Virus record (IMG/VR): IMGVR_UViG_3300028805_000048
From: a virus
Taxonomy: Duplodnaviria > Caudoviricetes
DNA: 64,000 nucleotides
Strand: one strand, 5' to 3'
The position numbers were made by a program, and so were the translations under genes. Below, one piece after another: positions 1 through 10,532 of the stretch. Numbering within the stretch: position 1 is the stretch's first letter; each line of letters begins with the position of its first letter. A model generated the notes under the pieces. That model was not told the origin of the DNA. It did no database searches and worked only from the letters and a program-made list of their open reading frames with translations.

Positions 1-9
1 ATTAATGAA

Positions 10-1407
10 ATGCTTAGATTCTGTCGCGAAGGAATTCATCCAAACATTAAAGAAGCACATGTTCCTTTTAGATATACTGACAATAATGGTAATGTAAAAG
101 GTATAACTTTGTTAGGTATTGAAAAAGGTGATGATCCACAAAATGTTTGTGTTCAAGAAATAGGTAATGTTCGTGATCCAAATAATAGTTATAGACGTCT
201 CAGAACATATGGTGAAAAGCAATGGATGCCAATTTCTAAGTTTTTAGAAATAATAAATAGCGAAGAAAATAAAAAAATGTATGATTCAATTATACACAGT
301 AGTAAATATCCTGACATGTCATTAGATCAATGGGTTGATTATTTAACTAATAAAAAAGAAGCAATAATCAATAGGTATAATAACTGGTTTAAAGCTCATG
401 AAGATGAATACGATTTAAACAAATACACATGGAAAGCACGTCATGATATTTACGATAAAATCATAAATAAAAAATGGAGACCAGATTTAGCTTTGGCACA
501 ACATAAGAAAATTGATGATTGGAGAAACAAATTGCCTAAAAAAGAAGAATCTACATTAGATGAAGCTGGGGCTCAAGATTATTGGAAAGTAACAGATGGT
601 CAAAAAGGTAGATATATAGTTAATCTTCTTGAAAGCATGGGTATTTCTCCGGAATTCATATCTGTTCCATTTGGTATATCTGTAGCTAAAAATACAGATC
701 AATCTAAAAAAACATCATGGGCAAAACATAAACAAGCGCAAAATCCAAATACACCTGAAGATCAAAGTTATAAATATGATTTCTTTATTATTAAAGGAAT
801 AGATAAACCCGAAAAAGAAAAAGATATAGAAGAATATAAAGAACCAGAAAATATCTGGGTTCAAAGATTAACTGAAGAAGGTGAAGCTATTAAAACAGCT
901 TTAAAACCTTTTGCTATGAGTACGCATAAAGTAAAATTAGCAATGCTGAATCCAATAAATGATCCTACCGCTGTTGACGAAAGAGCATTTAATCAAATGT
1001 TTAATCCACAAGGTGCAAAAAGACAAACAGGACGTACTTGGAAAGAAGGTGAATATCAAAGTATTGTTTTGACAGATGAAGAAATAAGAGCTGTTTTAAA
1101 ACAAGTTGAAGAAAGATATAGAAAAGAAGAAAGAATGTTTAAAGCGATTAGAGGACAAACAATCGATGATCATAAATTAGATAAAGATTTGATAAGCATA
1201 TATGAGTCTAATCCAGATGATCCTAGAATCATTAATGCTTTAAAAGCTTTTGATGAAGATACTCTACATTGTGTAAGAAAAGTACAAACCAGTTCTGGTC
1301 CTACATATAGATTATGGCTACCTTATCCAAACGGTTCTGTAAATCCACCAATGCATTATGCGAAGAATAATTTCTTAAAAATGGTTAACGCTGATACAAG
1401 TTATTAA
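10..1407 (+). CDS. Hypothetical phage protein (may be truncated by the window edge; possibly virion-internal)
   Basis: 465-aa ORF followed by a hairpin terminator; no recognisable family motif. Confidence 0.5.
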   Translation: MLRFCREGIHPNIKEAHVPFRYTDNNGNVKGITLLGIEKGDDPQNVCVQEIGNVRDPNNSYRRLRTYGEKQWMPISKFLEIINSEENKKMYDSIIHSSKYPDMSLDQWVDYLTNKKEAIINRYNNWFKAHEDEYDLNKYTWKARHDIYDKIINKKWRPDLALAQHKKIDDWRNKLPKKEESTLDEAGAQDYWKVTDGQKGRYIVNLLESMGISPEFISVPFGISVAKNTDQSKKTSWAKHKQAQNPNTPEDQSYKYDFFIIKGIDKPEKEKDIEEYKEPENIWVQRLTEEGEAIKTALKPFAMSTHKVKLAMLNPINDPTAVDERAFNQMFNPQGAKRQTGRTWKEGEYQSIVLTDEEIRAVLKQVEERYRKEERMFKAIRGQTIDDHKLDKDLISIYESNPDDPRIINALKAFDEDTLHCVRKVQTSSGPTYRLWLPYPNGSVNPPMHYAKNNFLKMVNADTSY

Positions 1408-1414
1408 GAAAATT

Positions 1415-1448
1415 AGAGTGAGGTTATTTAAATCTCACTCTTTATTTT
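1415..1448 (+). terminator. Intrinsic terminator
   Basis: AGAGTGAG/CTCACTCT stem followed by a T-rich run. Confidence 0.75.
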
Positions 1449-1465
1449 ATATTTTATCAAATAAA

Positions 1466-1471
1466 GTTCTA
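1466..1471 (+). promoter_or_regulatory. Putative phage late promoter core (GTTCTA)
   Basis: Same hexamer recurs on the coding strand just upstream of many structural genes. Confidence 0.65.
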
Positions 1472-1513
1472 TATTTATAAGATTTATTTCCCTTTATAAA
1501 AGTTTATAAATAT

Positions 1514-2125
1514 ATGTTACGTACGTTAAATGAAGTAAGATCTTTAAAAGATCCAATTAAACAATCCCAGTGTGAATTTATCATACAGGATACACCTGGT
1601 TTATTACTTGCTAAATTAACACAAAAGATAGCCGGCCAAATTTCAGGCAATACAGCACTTGCAACAGCAAAACAGCTTAGGCTACGCTGTACATCTTTTT
1701 CTTATCCAGGAGCAAAATTAGCACAAACAGATCTTAATATAATGGGTCATAAAAGAAAACTTGGAACATTCCAAAACAAATCTGGTGTTTGGAAATGTAC
1801 TGTTGTAGAAGATTTTGAAGGTTCTGTGCTTAATATCATTGCTGCTTGGCAAGATCTTATCCATTCTAATATGTTAGGAACAAGATTACCATCTACAGCA
1901 TATGCTGCAACATGTACAATTCTTATGGGTGGTAATAATTCTGGTGGTCATGTAAGAAACGCTAGTTTAAAAAGGCGTCAAATTGTATTGCATGGTTTTT
2001 ATCCGATAGAATATCAAGTTGCAGACATAGATCCCAGTAGCTCTAATCCAATAAGTGTTAATATTTCTTGGAATTATGATTACTGGGCTGAACGTGGTTA
2101 TAGTTTGTTTTCATTAATTTCATAG
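1514..2125 (+). CDS. Tail tube protein (T4 gp19-like)
   Basis: Size; LRCTSFSYPG, W-x-C-T-V-x-E-D and G-x-Y-P...W-x-Y-D-Y-W patterns typical of tube proteins; tail-module context. Confidence 0.7.
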   Translation: MLRTLNEVRSLKDPIKQSQCEFIIQDTPGLLLAKLTQKIAGQISGNTALATAKQLRLRCTSFSYPGAKLAQTDLNIMGHKRKLGTFQNKSGVWKCTVVEDFEGSVLNIIAAWQDLIHSNMLGTRLPSTAYAATCTILMGGNNSGGHVRNASLKRRQIVLHGFYPIEYQVADIDPSSSNPISVNISWNYDYWAERGYSLFSLIS

Positions 2126-2136
2126 GAGTAGATAAG

Positions 2137-2919
2137 TTGTCGCTACGATTCCAATCACAAATGGAGGTATCAGGTTTACCAGACGAAGCAATTAATTCTA
2201 CTTGGGAAGTATTGATGCCTAAAATAGATATATCTGATCCATACAGTTCAATTGCTGGAAATGGTGGAATCGGTGCTGTTATGTCTTTATTTACTTCTTC
2301 ATTAACAACATATCAACCTGTTGTTGAACAAATAAGTTTTGGTGTTACAAATTTTAAACCACAAACAAGACGTGTAAGAACAATGTGGTGTAACGTTCCA
2401 GAAGATATAGAGAATTATCATGATGTTAACATAACCATGTTTTGTTCTGCTGGAATGTTAACACAGTATTATATGGCTGCTTGGAGAAGTCTTGTATATA
2501 ATGCTGAAGGTGAATATTATAATCCTATGTCTGTATATAAAAAGAATATAGAAGTTTTTATATATGGACCAGGTAATGTTGGAATAACTGGATTAGCAAT
2601 GGCTCATTTTACATTACAAGGTTGTTGGCCGGTATCACAAGATGATTATAAATTAGAATATAGTGACAATCCTAAGCGTTTAACTATAACAGCTAAGTTT
2701 AAAGTAGATAAAGTTGTATATGCTGGTTCTGAAGCAAATAAAGCAATGGTAACAGAATTAATAACGTCACCTACTTCTATTGTAGATAAAGCTATAACGA
2801 CATTATTTAATGAGAGTTCTAACTATAATGTATATGATACATATGGTTATGAGGGTATTGAAAAAGATGAACCTAATTTAACCAAACAATATGAAAATGT
2901 AGGTGGAATTAAAATTTAA
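2137..2919 (+). CDS. Tail tube-like / tube initiator protein (gp54/gp19 fold)
   Basis: LQGCWPVS...L-x-Y tube-fold signature; adjacent to tube gene. Confidence 0.6.
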   Translation: MSLRFQSQMEVSGLPDEAINSTWEVLMPKIDISDPYSSIAGNGGIGAVMSLFTSSLTTYQPVVEQISFGVTNFKPQTRRVRTMWCNVPEDIENYHDVNITMFCSAGMLTQYYMAAWRSLVYNAEGEYYNPMSVYKKNIEVFIYGPGNVGITGLAMAHFTLQGCWPVSQDDYKLEYSDNPKRLTITAKFKVDKVVYAGSEANKAMVTELITSPTSIVDKAITTLFNESSNYNVYDTYGYEGIEKDEPNLTKQYENVGGIKI

Positions 2920-2934
2920 AAAAGGAGAATTTAA

Positions 2935-3678
2935 ATGGCTTTTGAGTATTATGCAGTTGATTTACCTGGTAAAATTCTTTATCCTAAGGAATTTAGTGTT
3001 AGTATAAGACGCATTACACCAATTGAACAAAAATATATTTTATCATTGTCGCAAAAACAACAAAAAACTAACAGAGATTATATTGAATTTCTTAAAAAAC
3101 TTGTCGCCTTTGATAATCCAGAAATGACATTTGAGCAATTGTATTGGTTTGATGTACAATTTTTATTATATAAAATTCGCTTTACAACTTATGAAAAGCA
3201 TCCAATTAGATTAATATTCAAATGTGATAACGATAATCCAGAATGTAATGAAGAAATTACAACAGATTTAAACATTGGAAGTATCGAAATCACAGAAGCT
3301 TCTGATATTGAAGGATTAACAACTGGTATTCTTTTAGATAATCTTGGAAATACGCCAATTCGTCAAAAAGTTATGGGCGACGATTTAGCGATTGAAGAAT
3401 TTATAAAAAATCATAAAGATATTTCAGAAAATGATATGAATATGAGATTACTTCTTCTTGATCTTTGTTTGATTTCAAATGGTAAAACATTAGATGAAAT
3501 GTGGCAATTAGCATCAGATGGAACAATTACGGCTAATGATATCACTAATATTGAAGAATGGTTTGGAAAAACTATTTGGGGCGTTAAAGAAGAAGTAAAA
3601 GTTATATGTCCAAAATGTGGAAAGGAGAGCTCTCGTGCTTATGTTCTAGCATTAGAGGACTTTTTTTCCGCGTTTTGA
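2935..3678 (+). CDS. Baseplate hub assembly / tail assembly chaperone (T4 gp26-like)
   Basis: DLPG...IRRITPIEQK, DVQFLLYKIR, two Cys pairs, C-terminal LEDFF; directly upstream of tape measure. Confidence 0.7.
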   Translation: MAFEYYAVDLPGKILYPKEFSVSIRRITPIEQKYILSLSQKQQKTNRDYIEFLKKLVAFDNPEMTFEQLYWFDVQFLLYKIRFTTYEKHPIRLIFKCDNDNPECNEEITTDLNIGSIEITEASDIEGLTTGILLDNLGNTPIRQKVMGDDLAIEEFIKNHKDISENDMNMRLLLLDLCLISNGKTLDEMWQLASDGTITANDITNIEEWFGKTIWGVKEEVKVICPKCGKESSRAYVLALEDFFSAF

Positions 3679-3856
3679 TTTAAATGACATTTTAGAAAGG
3701 GAATGGTGGTTAATGCACCACCTTCACCTTGGCTATCGAGATATTTGTGAGATGCCTTGGGAATATTTTGAATGGTTTTATAAAAGACACGTTCAACATC
3801 TAGTTGATTTAGAAGAAGCTCAAAAAGGACAAGAACAAGTAACTTTTGGAAGATAG
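3656..3856 (+). CDS. Unannotated small ORF in the +1 frame (gp51-like hub assembly peptide / GT-type extension)
   Basis: Open frame reading FDLNDILEREWWLMHHLHLGYRDICEMPWEYFEWFYKRH...; reachable by frameshift at the T7 run 3661-3667 or from ATG 3713. Confidence 0.65.
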   Translation, partial: RTFFPRFDLNDILEREWWLMHHLHLGYRDICEMPWEYFEWFYKRHVQHLVDLEEAQKGQEQVTFGR

Positions 3857-3861
3857 TTAAA

Positions 3862-6612
3862 ATGGCTAGCATAAAAAAAGGTAAAGAACCTAAAATAGAA
3901 AAAGAAATAGATAGAGATAAAGCATTATTGAATGCTATATCTGGTTTATCTAAAGATTTTAAATCTATCAATAATCTTTTAAAAGATATTAACGATAATC
4001 AGTTGAAAGGAACTAAAGCTTATGAAAAGATTCATGAAAAATTAGTTAAAGATACTTTTCAAACAATTAATAAAATTAAAGCTACTGGTACAAAAGAAAT
4101 TTTAAATGATTTAAAAGTTCAAGAACAAAAAATAAAAAATGAAATGAAACAGCTCGATCTTGAAAAAAAGAAAGAAGATAAAATAGATCGTGAACTGAGA
4201 AAAAAACAAAATGCGGAATTGTTTAAAAAAAGATTAGAAAGATATAATGAAGAAATAAAAAGTATACAAGAAGAACGTGAAAAACTTAAAAAAGAAAAAA
4301 GTAAAAATCGTTATAAAGAAAATACATTATATAAAGTTGGATCAAACATAAAAGGTCAACCAAGTAGTGTTGTTTCTTCTATAGGCTTATCTGTTGCTAC
4401 AGGTGGTCTTATAAATCCAGTGATTGCTAAAACATTAGGTCTTGATAAAATAGTAACAGCTAGTGTTAAATTAGCTGGAAGAACAATTGGCAATGTAAGT
4501 AGTAAAATTTATGATGCTACTGTTGGTTCAATATTTAAAAATATAATGGATCCTTTCAAAAATAAAAAATCTTATGTTAGGAAAAACATAGATAAAGGAT
4601 CAGATGTAGTAAAAAACGCTTTTGGAGGTAGTTGGTTTGGAGCATTTAATAAAAAAGAAGGTGCTATTGCTAAAAATGAAGAAGAAAATAATCCAATTGT
4701 AAAAGAACAAAAAAAGACTAACAATATTCTTGAACTTTTAAAAAAACATGTCCTCGGAAAAGAAGAGAAAGAAAAGAAAAAAGAAGGTGGAAGTATATTA
4801 GGTAAACTTCTTCAAGCCATTGGTGGATTTGGAACAATATTAAAAGGTGCAGCTATTGCAGCCATTCCATATGTCATTAAAACATTTTTTCCAAAAATTG
4901 CAAAATGGTTAGATGATAAATTTAAAGCATATTTAACTGGTACAATTGGATTATCTGAAGGTGGAGCTGAAGTAGTGAGTCAATTAGTCAAAGATGCTCT
5001 ACCTGGTGCTTTGTTTGGTTTTAAGGTCAAAGGTATAAGAGGTGCTATCATTGGTGGTTTATTAAGTTTAGCCGCTATAAATCTTTATAGACTTAGCGAA
5101 AAGATAGGTGAATGGACTGCAACAGCAGTAAATTGGTTAAAAGAACATCCAGCAACAGCAATTGGTGGAAGTTTATTAGGTATAGCAAATTTAGGTAATA
5201 TAAAAAAAGCTGCGTCTGCTTTATCTACGTATATGCACAAAGCTGTTGATTCTTCAAAAAATCTTGGTTCTGCTCTTTCAAATTTTGCAAAAAAATTAGG
5301 TACAGTAACTTTTGGGTTTTTAAAAACAAATATTTCAAAATTAGCATCAGCTATGTCAGCTGGAGCGGCTAAAATAACTAGTGGAATATCAAAATATATA
5401 ATTTCATACTTACCTGCTATAAGAACAGCAATGTCAGGATTAGTAAAAGCAATAGGTTGGTTAGGTGCAGCTTTTATGGCCTATGACATAGGAAAAATGA
5501 TAGGTGAATGGGTTGGTAAAAAAATGAATGAAAAGGAAGAAAAAGAAAGAAAAAAGACAAATAAAAAAGTCAAAAGTATAAAAGATATGTCCAAAGAAGA
5601 ATTAAGTGCATATAATCAATGGTTACATGATACTGGTCAATGGGAAGGTTATGCACAAGGATATACTATAGAAAAAGGTTTGATTTTGGATTCTAAAAAA
5701 GATTTTGACTATGATAGAAGTCTTGAACAATTTCACAACTATCAAGAAAAAATTTTAAACAATGGTCCAGAATATGATGTACCTGATTTTAAACAGCTTG
5801 GATTTGAAAATTTAAAACAATATTCAGATGTACCTTGGAATTCTTCTATTAAAAGAAATAGAGGTATTCCTAAAAGAATAGCTGATAATTTGAATTCAAT
5901 ACATGATAATGTAATATCTCCTTTACAAATGGCATTAGGTACGCATAAAATAACCATAACAAGTTCATATCGTGATTCAAAATATAATGAAGACATAGGA
6001 GGAGCTAAAGGATCAAAACATTTAACTGGTAATGCTGTTGATTTACAAGTTTCTGGTATGACTCCAGAACAAGTTAGTAATGTTTTAAGAAAAGCAAATA
6101 TACCTTTCGCAAGAGCAATTAGAGAAAAAAGTGGTAATACGCAATGGCTTCATTTGGAATATAATCCAAATGGTAATAATCCAGGAATATTAGCAAATTT
6201 AAATGCCACCACTGGAAAATATGTTCAGGTTAGTCCAGGAAAAATCGGTAATGCTAACGATATAAAATTAAGCACAAGTGATATGCCAACAACAGCAGAA
6301 AACCAATATGTTGCCATGAATACCATGAATGAAATGACACAAGCTACAGCAGAAGCACAAGAAACTTCTAATGGTGGAATTATGGATTTATTAGGTAATA
6401 TTAGTAATGGTGTAGCAACAACTGCAGAAAATACAACAAGTAGCATAAACAATATGTTTTCTGGATTAAGTATTTCTAATGCTGGATCTCAAAATCAAGG
6501 ACAAAGTTTATCATTTTCCATACCAAATACGAATGGAGGAGCTGGTTCTTCTACAGGTTCTGTTTATCAGTTTGGTGATGTTGCTAAAACACCTATTTTA
6601 TATACTTTATAA
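3862..6612 (+). CDS. Tape measure protein with C-terminal peptidase M15-type peptidoglycan hydrolase domain
   Basis: Long coiled-coil then Ala/Gly-rich helical region; SSYR...N...GGAKGSKHLTGNAVD and WLH motifs of peptidase M15. Confidence 0.8.
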   Translation: MASIKKGKEPKIEKEIDRDKALLNAISGLSKDFKSINNLLKDINDNQLKGTKAYEKIHEKLVKDTFQTINKIKATGTKEILNDLKVQEQKIKNEMKQLDLEKKKEDKIDRELRKKQNAELFKKRLERYNEEIKSIQEEREKLKKEKSKNRYKENTLYKVGSNIKGQPSSVVSSIGLSVATGGLINPVIAKTLGLDKIVTASVKLAGRTIGNVSSKIYDATVGSIFKNIMDPFKNKKSYVRKNIDKGSDVVKNAFGGSWFGAFNKKEGAIAKNEEENNPIVKEQKKTNNILELLKKHVLGKEEKEKKKEGGSILGKLLQAIGGFGTILKGAAIAAIPYVIKTFFPKIAKWLDDKFKAYLTGTIGLSEGGAEVVSQLVKDALPGALFGFKVKGIRGAIIGGLLSLAAINLYRLSEKIGEWTATAVNWLKEHPATAIGGSLLGIANLGNIKKAASALSTYMHKAVDSSKNLGSALSNFAKKLGTVTFGFLKTNISKLASAMSAGAAKITSGISKYIISYLPAIRTAMSGLVKAIGWLGAAFMAYDIGKMIGEWVGKKMNEKEEKERKKTNKKVKSIKDMSKEELSAYNQWLHDTGQWEGYAQGYTIEKGLILDSKKDFDYDRSLEQFHNYQEKILNNGPEYDVPDFKQLGFENLKQYSDVPWNSSIKRNRGIPKRIADNLNSIHDNVISPLQMALGTHKITITSSYRDSKYNEDIGGAKGSKHLTGNAVDLQVSGMTPEQVSNVLRKANIPFARAIREKSGNTQWLHLEYNPNGNNPGILANLNATTGKYVQVSPGKIGNANDIKLSTSDMPTTAENQYVAMNTMNEMTQATAEAQETSNGGIMDLLGNISNGVATTAENTTSSINNMFSGLSISNAGSQNQGQSLSFSIPNTNGGAGSSTGSVYQFGDVAKTPILYTL

Positions 6613-6650
6613 AGTTCTAAATTATTATAAAAAACTTTGGAAATTTAAAG

Positions 6651-7859
6651 ATGCCTATTAATAAAGCTGAAGATTTGAGTAAATATGCTAATAGTAATGG
6701 AGCGAACATTGTTACTATTGGTAATTATACATATAAAGATGAAAATGGTAATGATAAAACTTTATCATTTGATCAAATTTATACTAACTTAACGGCTGAT
6801 GCACGAGGTATTCATAATCATAAATCTTTAGATTTTTCTAATGTTGGTATGCCGACGCAAAAATCAGATGGAAATAAAGTTAAACAATTGCGTCAATTTC
6901 ATCAAACACGTCTTTATATCATGGATTATGATGGTGTAATGGCACATAATGTTGAACAGAAGAAACACAACGCTACATATCTCATATCTGCTAATCTTCC
7001 TGAACAATTCAGTTATACAGTAGGTTCTACTTGGACACAGCCTTTTCAACAATTTAGTTCAGCTACAATGAATGGACTTATTCAATTAGGTGGTAAAGAA
7101 GCAATAAATAGAATAACAGGCGATCAAGATGCCGGTAATGAAATTCAATCGCTAACAAATAGAGTTATGACTATTCAGACTTGGAATGGTTCAATGCCTT
7201 TAAATTTAAGTTTACGTATTCCAGTAATTGATGATGGCCATCCAGCAGAATCTTCAGTTGGTGTTGGAATAAGAACAAATCTCGTTGAAGCATTAGAATT
7301 TCTTGGAAGTTTATGTTTACCAAAATCTTCTGGTCATTTAGGATTTTATGAACCGCCACCATCTCCATATGATTTTACTTATACATCATATGCAAAAGAT
7401 AAAAATGGTAAATATACCAATACTGTAGATAATAGTAAATTTAATTTTTATGGACAAGCTAATAATCATGCTAGAATTATGCTTCAATTAGGAGGTATGC
7501 TTCTTGTTGATAATGTTATTGTTAAAGATATAAAAGTAGAATATCCGAATACAAAAACAATGATTAGACACTGGTATGCTCCAGGTGGAACACAAGTTGG
7601 AACAGCTGGTCAGTCTTATTTAACTCCATTGTTAGCTAATGTTACCATTGATATAACTACTTCTGAGGCAATTACTGCACAAACTTATAGTAAGATGCTT
7701 TGGTTAAGACAGCAAACAGATCAAGGTTCATTTAAATTAAATAATGCTGAAGTAGAAAAAGTACAAGGATATGGTATAGAAACATTTGACAGAATTAAAA
7801 AAGGTGTTGATAGATTATTTGATGGAAAAGGATTTAGTGAACAAAAATCACCATCATAA
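6651..7859 (+). CDS. Baseplate / tail tube cap protein (gp48-like)
   Basis: Position after tape measure; LPEQFSY...W, IKVEY...PLLANVTI pattern; GTTCTA motif at 6614. Confidence 0.5.
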   Translation: MPINKAEDLSKYANSNGANIVTIGNYTYKDENGNDKTLSFDQIYTNLTADARGIHNHKSLDFSNVGMPTQKSDGNKVKQLRQFHQTRLYIMDYDGVMAHNVEQKKHNATYLISANLPEQFSYTVGSTWTQPFQQFSSATMNGLIQLGGKEAINRITGDQDAGNEIQSLTNRVMTIQTWNGSMPLNLSLRIPVIDDGHPAESSVGVGIRTNLVEALEFLGSLCLPKSSGHLGFYEPPPSPYDFTYTSYAKDKNGKYTNTVDNSKFNFYGQANNHARIMLQLGGMLLVDNVIVKDIKVEYPNTKTMIRHWYAPGGTQVGTAGQSYLTPLLANVTIDITTSEAITAQTYSKMLWLRQQTDQGSFKLNNAEVEKVQGYGIETFDRIKKGVDRLFDGKGFSEQKSPS

Positions 7860-7875
7860 TAAAAGGAAATAAGAC

Positions 7876-8271
7876 ATGGCTAATAATATATCGTATGATT
7901 CATTTTTTGAAGATAGAATATTAGATCCAAATGGAATATCTGTATGTGATATAAACAAAGGATTAGATAATCTTTATAAATACTTTGTAGATACTAAAGA
8001 TCAATTTTATACATCTCAAAGATATTTAGTTCCAGAACAAGAAGAAGGTTATCCTGATATGGTTGCATATAAATCTATATTAGGTTCACAATCTTTTTGG
8101 TGGTGGGTATTATTAATCAATGAATTGGATGATGCATTTGAAGGAATTAAACAGAATTGGGCTTATTCCGTTGTAAATGGTAATCAAATATCTACCTTTA
8201 TTCAAAATTCAACTTCTGCTGAAGAAGCTTCAAGTGATGATAGAATAGGAACAGTAGTAGAGTTAAACTAA
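7876..8271 (+). CDS. Baseplate wedge protein (gp53-like, LysM-like)
   Basis: EGYPDMVAY...FWWWVLLINEL motif. Confidence 0.75.
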   Translation: MANNISYDSFFEDRILDPNGISVCDINKGLDNLYKYFVDTKDQFYTSQRYLVPEQEEGYPDMVAYKSILGSQSFWWWVLLINELDDAFEGIKQNWAYSVVNGNQISTFIQNSTSAEEASSDDRIGTVVELN

Positions 8272-8272
8272 T

Positions 8273-9421
8273 ATGATTGTACAAGGAATTTATAATTTAG
8301 ATATACTTATTGATAACCTTAGTTTATTTAAGGCTCCTGATACTGTGTTTATAAAAGGCGATATATATGAAGCAATTATGAATCCTGTACCAACGTGTTC
8401 ATTAGAATTGATTATTCCTTTGTCATGGTTTGATAACAGAACGATAGCTGACGGTACGTTGATAACTTTTGAATTTAAATCAGAAATACTCAACTTGAAT
8501 GAAAGATGTTATTTTCGTGTCTTTAATATAGAAGAAGTTCAATTATCTCAAAAAAATGCAACAGTCAAATTGAATGGTGTTTTAGATTTTTATAAAGGAT
8601 ATACACCTGGCAACGATATAAATATGTATGGTAATTCATCAGATATTTTTCAAAGAATAGCTAGTATTGGACAATTAACACCGAATATAGATCCGACTAA
8701 CGATAAACAACTTTGGATAGCTGGTGAAAAGAATATTTATCAATTTATGTCAATGATCGCTTCTAGAGGTTGGATAGACGAAACGTCTGCTATGATATGG
8801 TGTATAGATCGTAAAAAGAATTTGTTATATAAGAATCTGACATCTTTATTTAGAAATAGACAAGATAAAGTTTATAATTTTGTTCAAAAATCTATAAGTG
8901 CTTGTAAAGAAAAAGAATATGAATATTCTGGTGTTACTGGATCTATTCAAGCTGGATCTAATAATTTAAAAAACGAAGGATATGGTGGAGAAGATTATTA
9001 TTTTGATCTTCTTTCATATTCGTTAAAACCTGTTGCCGCTAGAAAAGCAGTTGCAGAAAGCAAATTTATAAACATTTCTAAAGAATTATCACAAGGTTTA
9101 TCAGATTGTCAATATCCATTTGATGTTGGTAATTTTCATCCAAATCATTTTTTAGCACGTAAACAAAATAAGCGTATTTTATCTACGTATTCAACATATA
9201 TGATCTTACAGACGCAACATCTTCAATCGTTTAGACTTGGACAAATTGTAACTTTTGAATTCATGGATTCTCAAACTAAAGCCAATAAATCTAAAGCTAT
9301 GTCTGGAGTAAATATGATAGATGCCATTCATACAGAAATAACTAAAGAATATATAAGATCTACAGTCGAAATCGTATCTCAAGGCATGAATGGTACAGTG
9401 ACTACACAGGAGGTATATTAA
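8273..9421 (+). CDS. Baseplate hub protein (gp27/gpD-like)
   Basis: Synteny between gp53-like and spike; GQIV..F...SG..MIDAIH C-terminal pattern. Confidence 0.6.
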   Translation: MIVQGIYNLDILIDNLSLFKAPDTVFIKGDIYEAIMNPVPTCSLELIIPLSWFDNRTIADGTLITFEFKSEILNLNERCYFRVFNIEEVQLSQKNATVKLNGVLDFYKGYTPGNDINMYGNSSDIFQRIASIGQLTPNIDPTNDKQLWIAGEKNIYQFMSMIASRGWIDETSAMIWCIDRKKNLLYKNLTSLFRNRQDKVYNFVQKSISACKEKEYEYSGVTGSIQAGSNNLKNEGYGGEDYYFDLLSYSLKPVAARKAVAESKFINISKELSQGLSDCQYPFDVGNFHPNHFLARKQNKRILSTYSTYMILQTQHLQSFRLGQIVTFEFMDSQTKANKSKAMSGVNMIDAIHTEITKEYIRSTVEIVSQGMNGTVTTQEVY

Positions 9422-10071
9422 TGCGAGATTTTTTTCAGCAAGATGATACCTTAACAAATCCATTCTTTGTTGCTACAGTAGAAGATAATAATGATCCTAC
9501 AGGTAATTATCGTGTAAAAGTTCGTATTCCACAAGTTCATCACAGTAACATAACAACAGCTAATTTACCTTGGGCAGCAAAATTAGGACAATCTTTTTTA
9601 GGTTCTGGTAGTTCAGGTTCAAATCATTGCGTTCCTGAAGTAGGTTCACAGGTTTTAGTAATAGCAGTAGGAAACAATTTAAATTCTTTAATATATATAG
9701 GCATTCTTTGTCACAATGAATCTGTAACACCCTCTGGTAATAGTTATACAGGTTCATATGGTATTTATATGGCTAATGGTCAATTTTTAGGTGTTGATAA
9801 AATAACTCAAACTTTAAAAATGATTTATCAAGGTCATATAGACGTCGATAAAATAATAGATGGTAAAATAACCATTTCAGATAAACTAGATGTAACATGT
9901 CCAAAATTGAATATTACTGGTGATGTTGATATACTTGGAAAACTTCATATTTCAGGCGAGGCTGTTTCAGATACAGAATTTAAAGCAAAAAATGTAACAT
10001 TGACAGGACATAGACATGTTGTTCCACAAACACCATCAGGAAAACAGACTTCTGATACAGGTAAAGGATAA
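9421..10071 (+). CDS. Baseplate central spike (gp5/gpV OB-fold)
   Basis: VEDNNDP...RVKVRIP...LPWA...VPEVGSQV; C-terminal H-x-H metal-binding tip motif. Confidence 0.85.
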   Translation: MRDFFQQDDTLTNPFFVATVEDNNDPTGNYRVKVRIPQVHHSNITTANLPWAAKLGQSFLGSGSSGSNHCVPEVGSQVLVIAVGNNLNSLIYIGILCHNESVTPSGNSYTGSYGIYMANGQFLGVDKITQTLKMIYQGHIDVDKIIDGKITISDKLDVTCPKLNITGDVDILGKLHISGEAVSDTEFKAKNVTLTGHRHVVPQTPSGKQTSDTGKG

Positions 10072-10152
10072 TCTATTTTTTCATTATAGTTTCTTATATA
10101 TAAAGTTCTAATAAACAATAGATAATTTATACTTTATATATCGTTTTAAATA

Positions 10153-10527
10153 ATGGATACTTATATTGATTTAAATCAAGATTACTTGACATCTGCTAAT
10201 GAAACAAGTGTTATTGTAACCGATACTAAAAACGTTATAGAATCTTTAACGCGTCTTTTTATGACAGGAAAAGGCGAAGTTCCGTTTAATCGTGAATATG
10301 GAACATCTTTAAAATCTTTATTGTTTGAAACAAATTTAGATCCAGCAGATATTGCTAATTATTTATATATGGATATTACGACATGGGAACCAAGAGTAAC
10401 ATTAAATCCAGCAGATATAAATATAGTACAAAGAGATAATAATAGTTATGAAGTGTTTTGTACATTTACTGTGATTGGTGTGAATGGTAATCCACAAACC
10501 ATATCAACTATCGTTTCAGGTGGGTAA
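10153..10527 (+). CDS. Baseplate wedge subunit (gp25-like)
   Basis: GEVPFNREYGTSLKSLLFE...WEPRV. Confidence 0.9.
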   Translation: MDTYIDLNQDYLTSANETSVIVTDTKNVIESLTRLFMTGKGEVPFNREYGTSLKSLLFETNLDPADIANYLYMDITTWEPRVTLNPADINIVQRDNNSYEVFCTFTVIGVNGNPQTISTIVSGG

Positions 10528-10532
10528 AAAGA

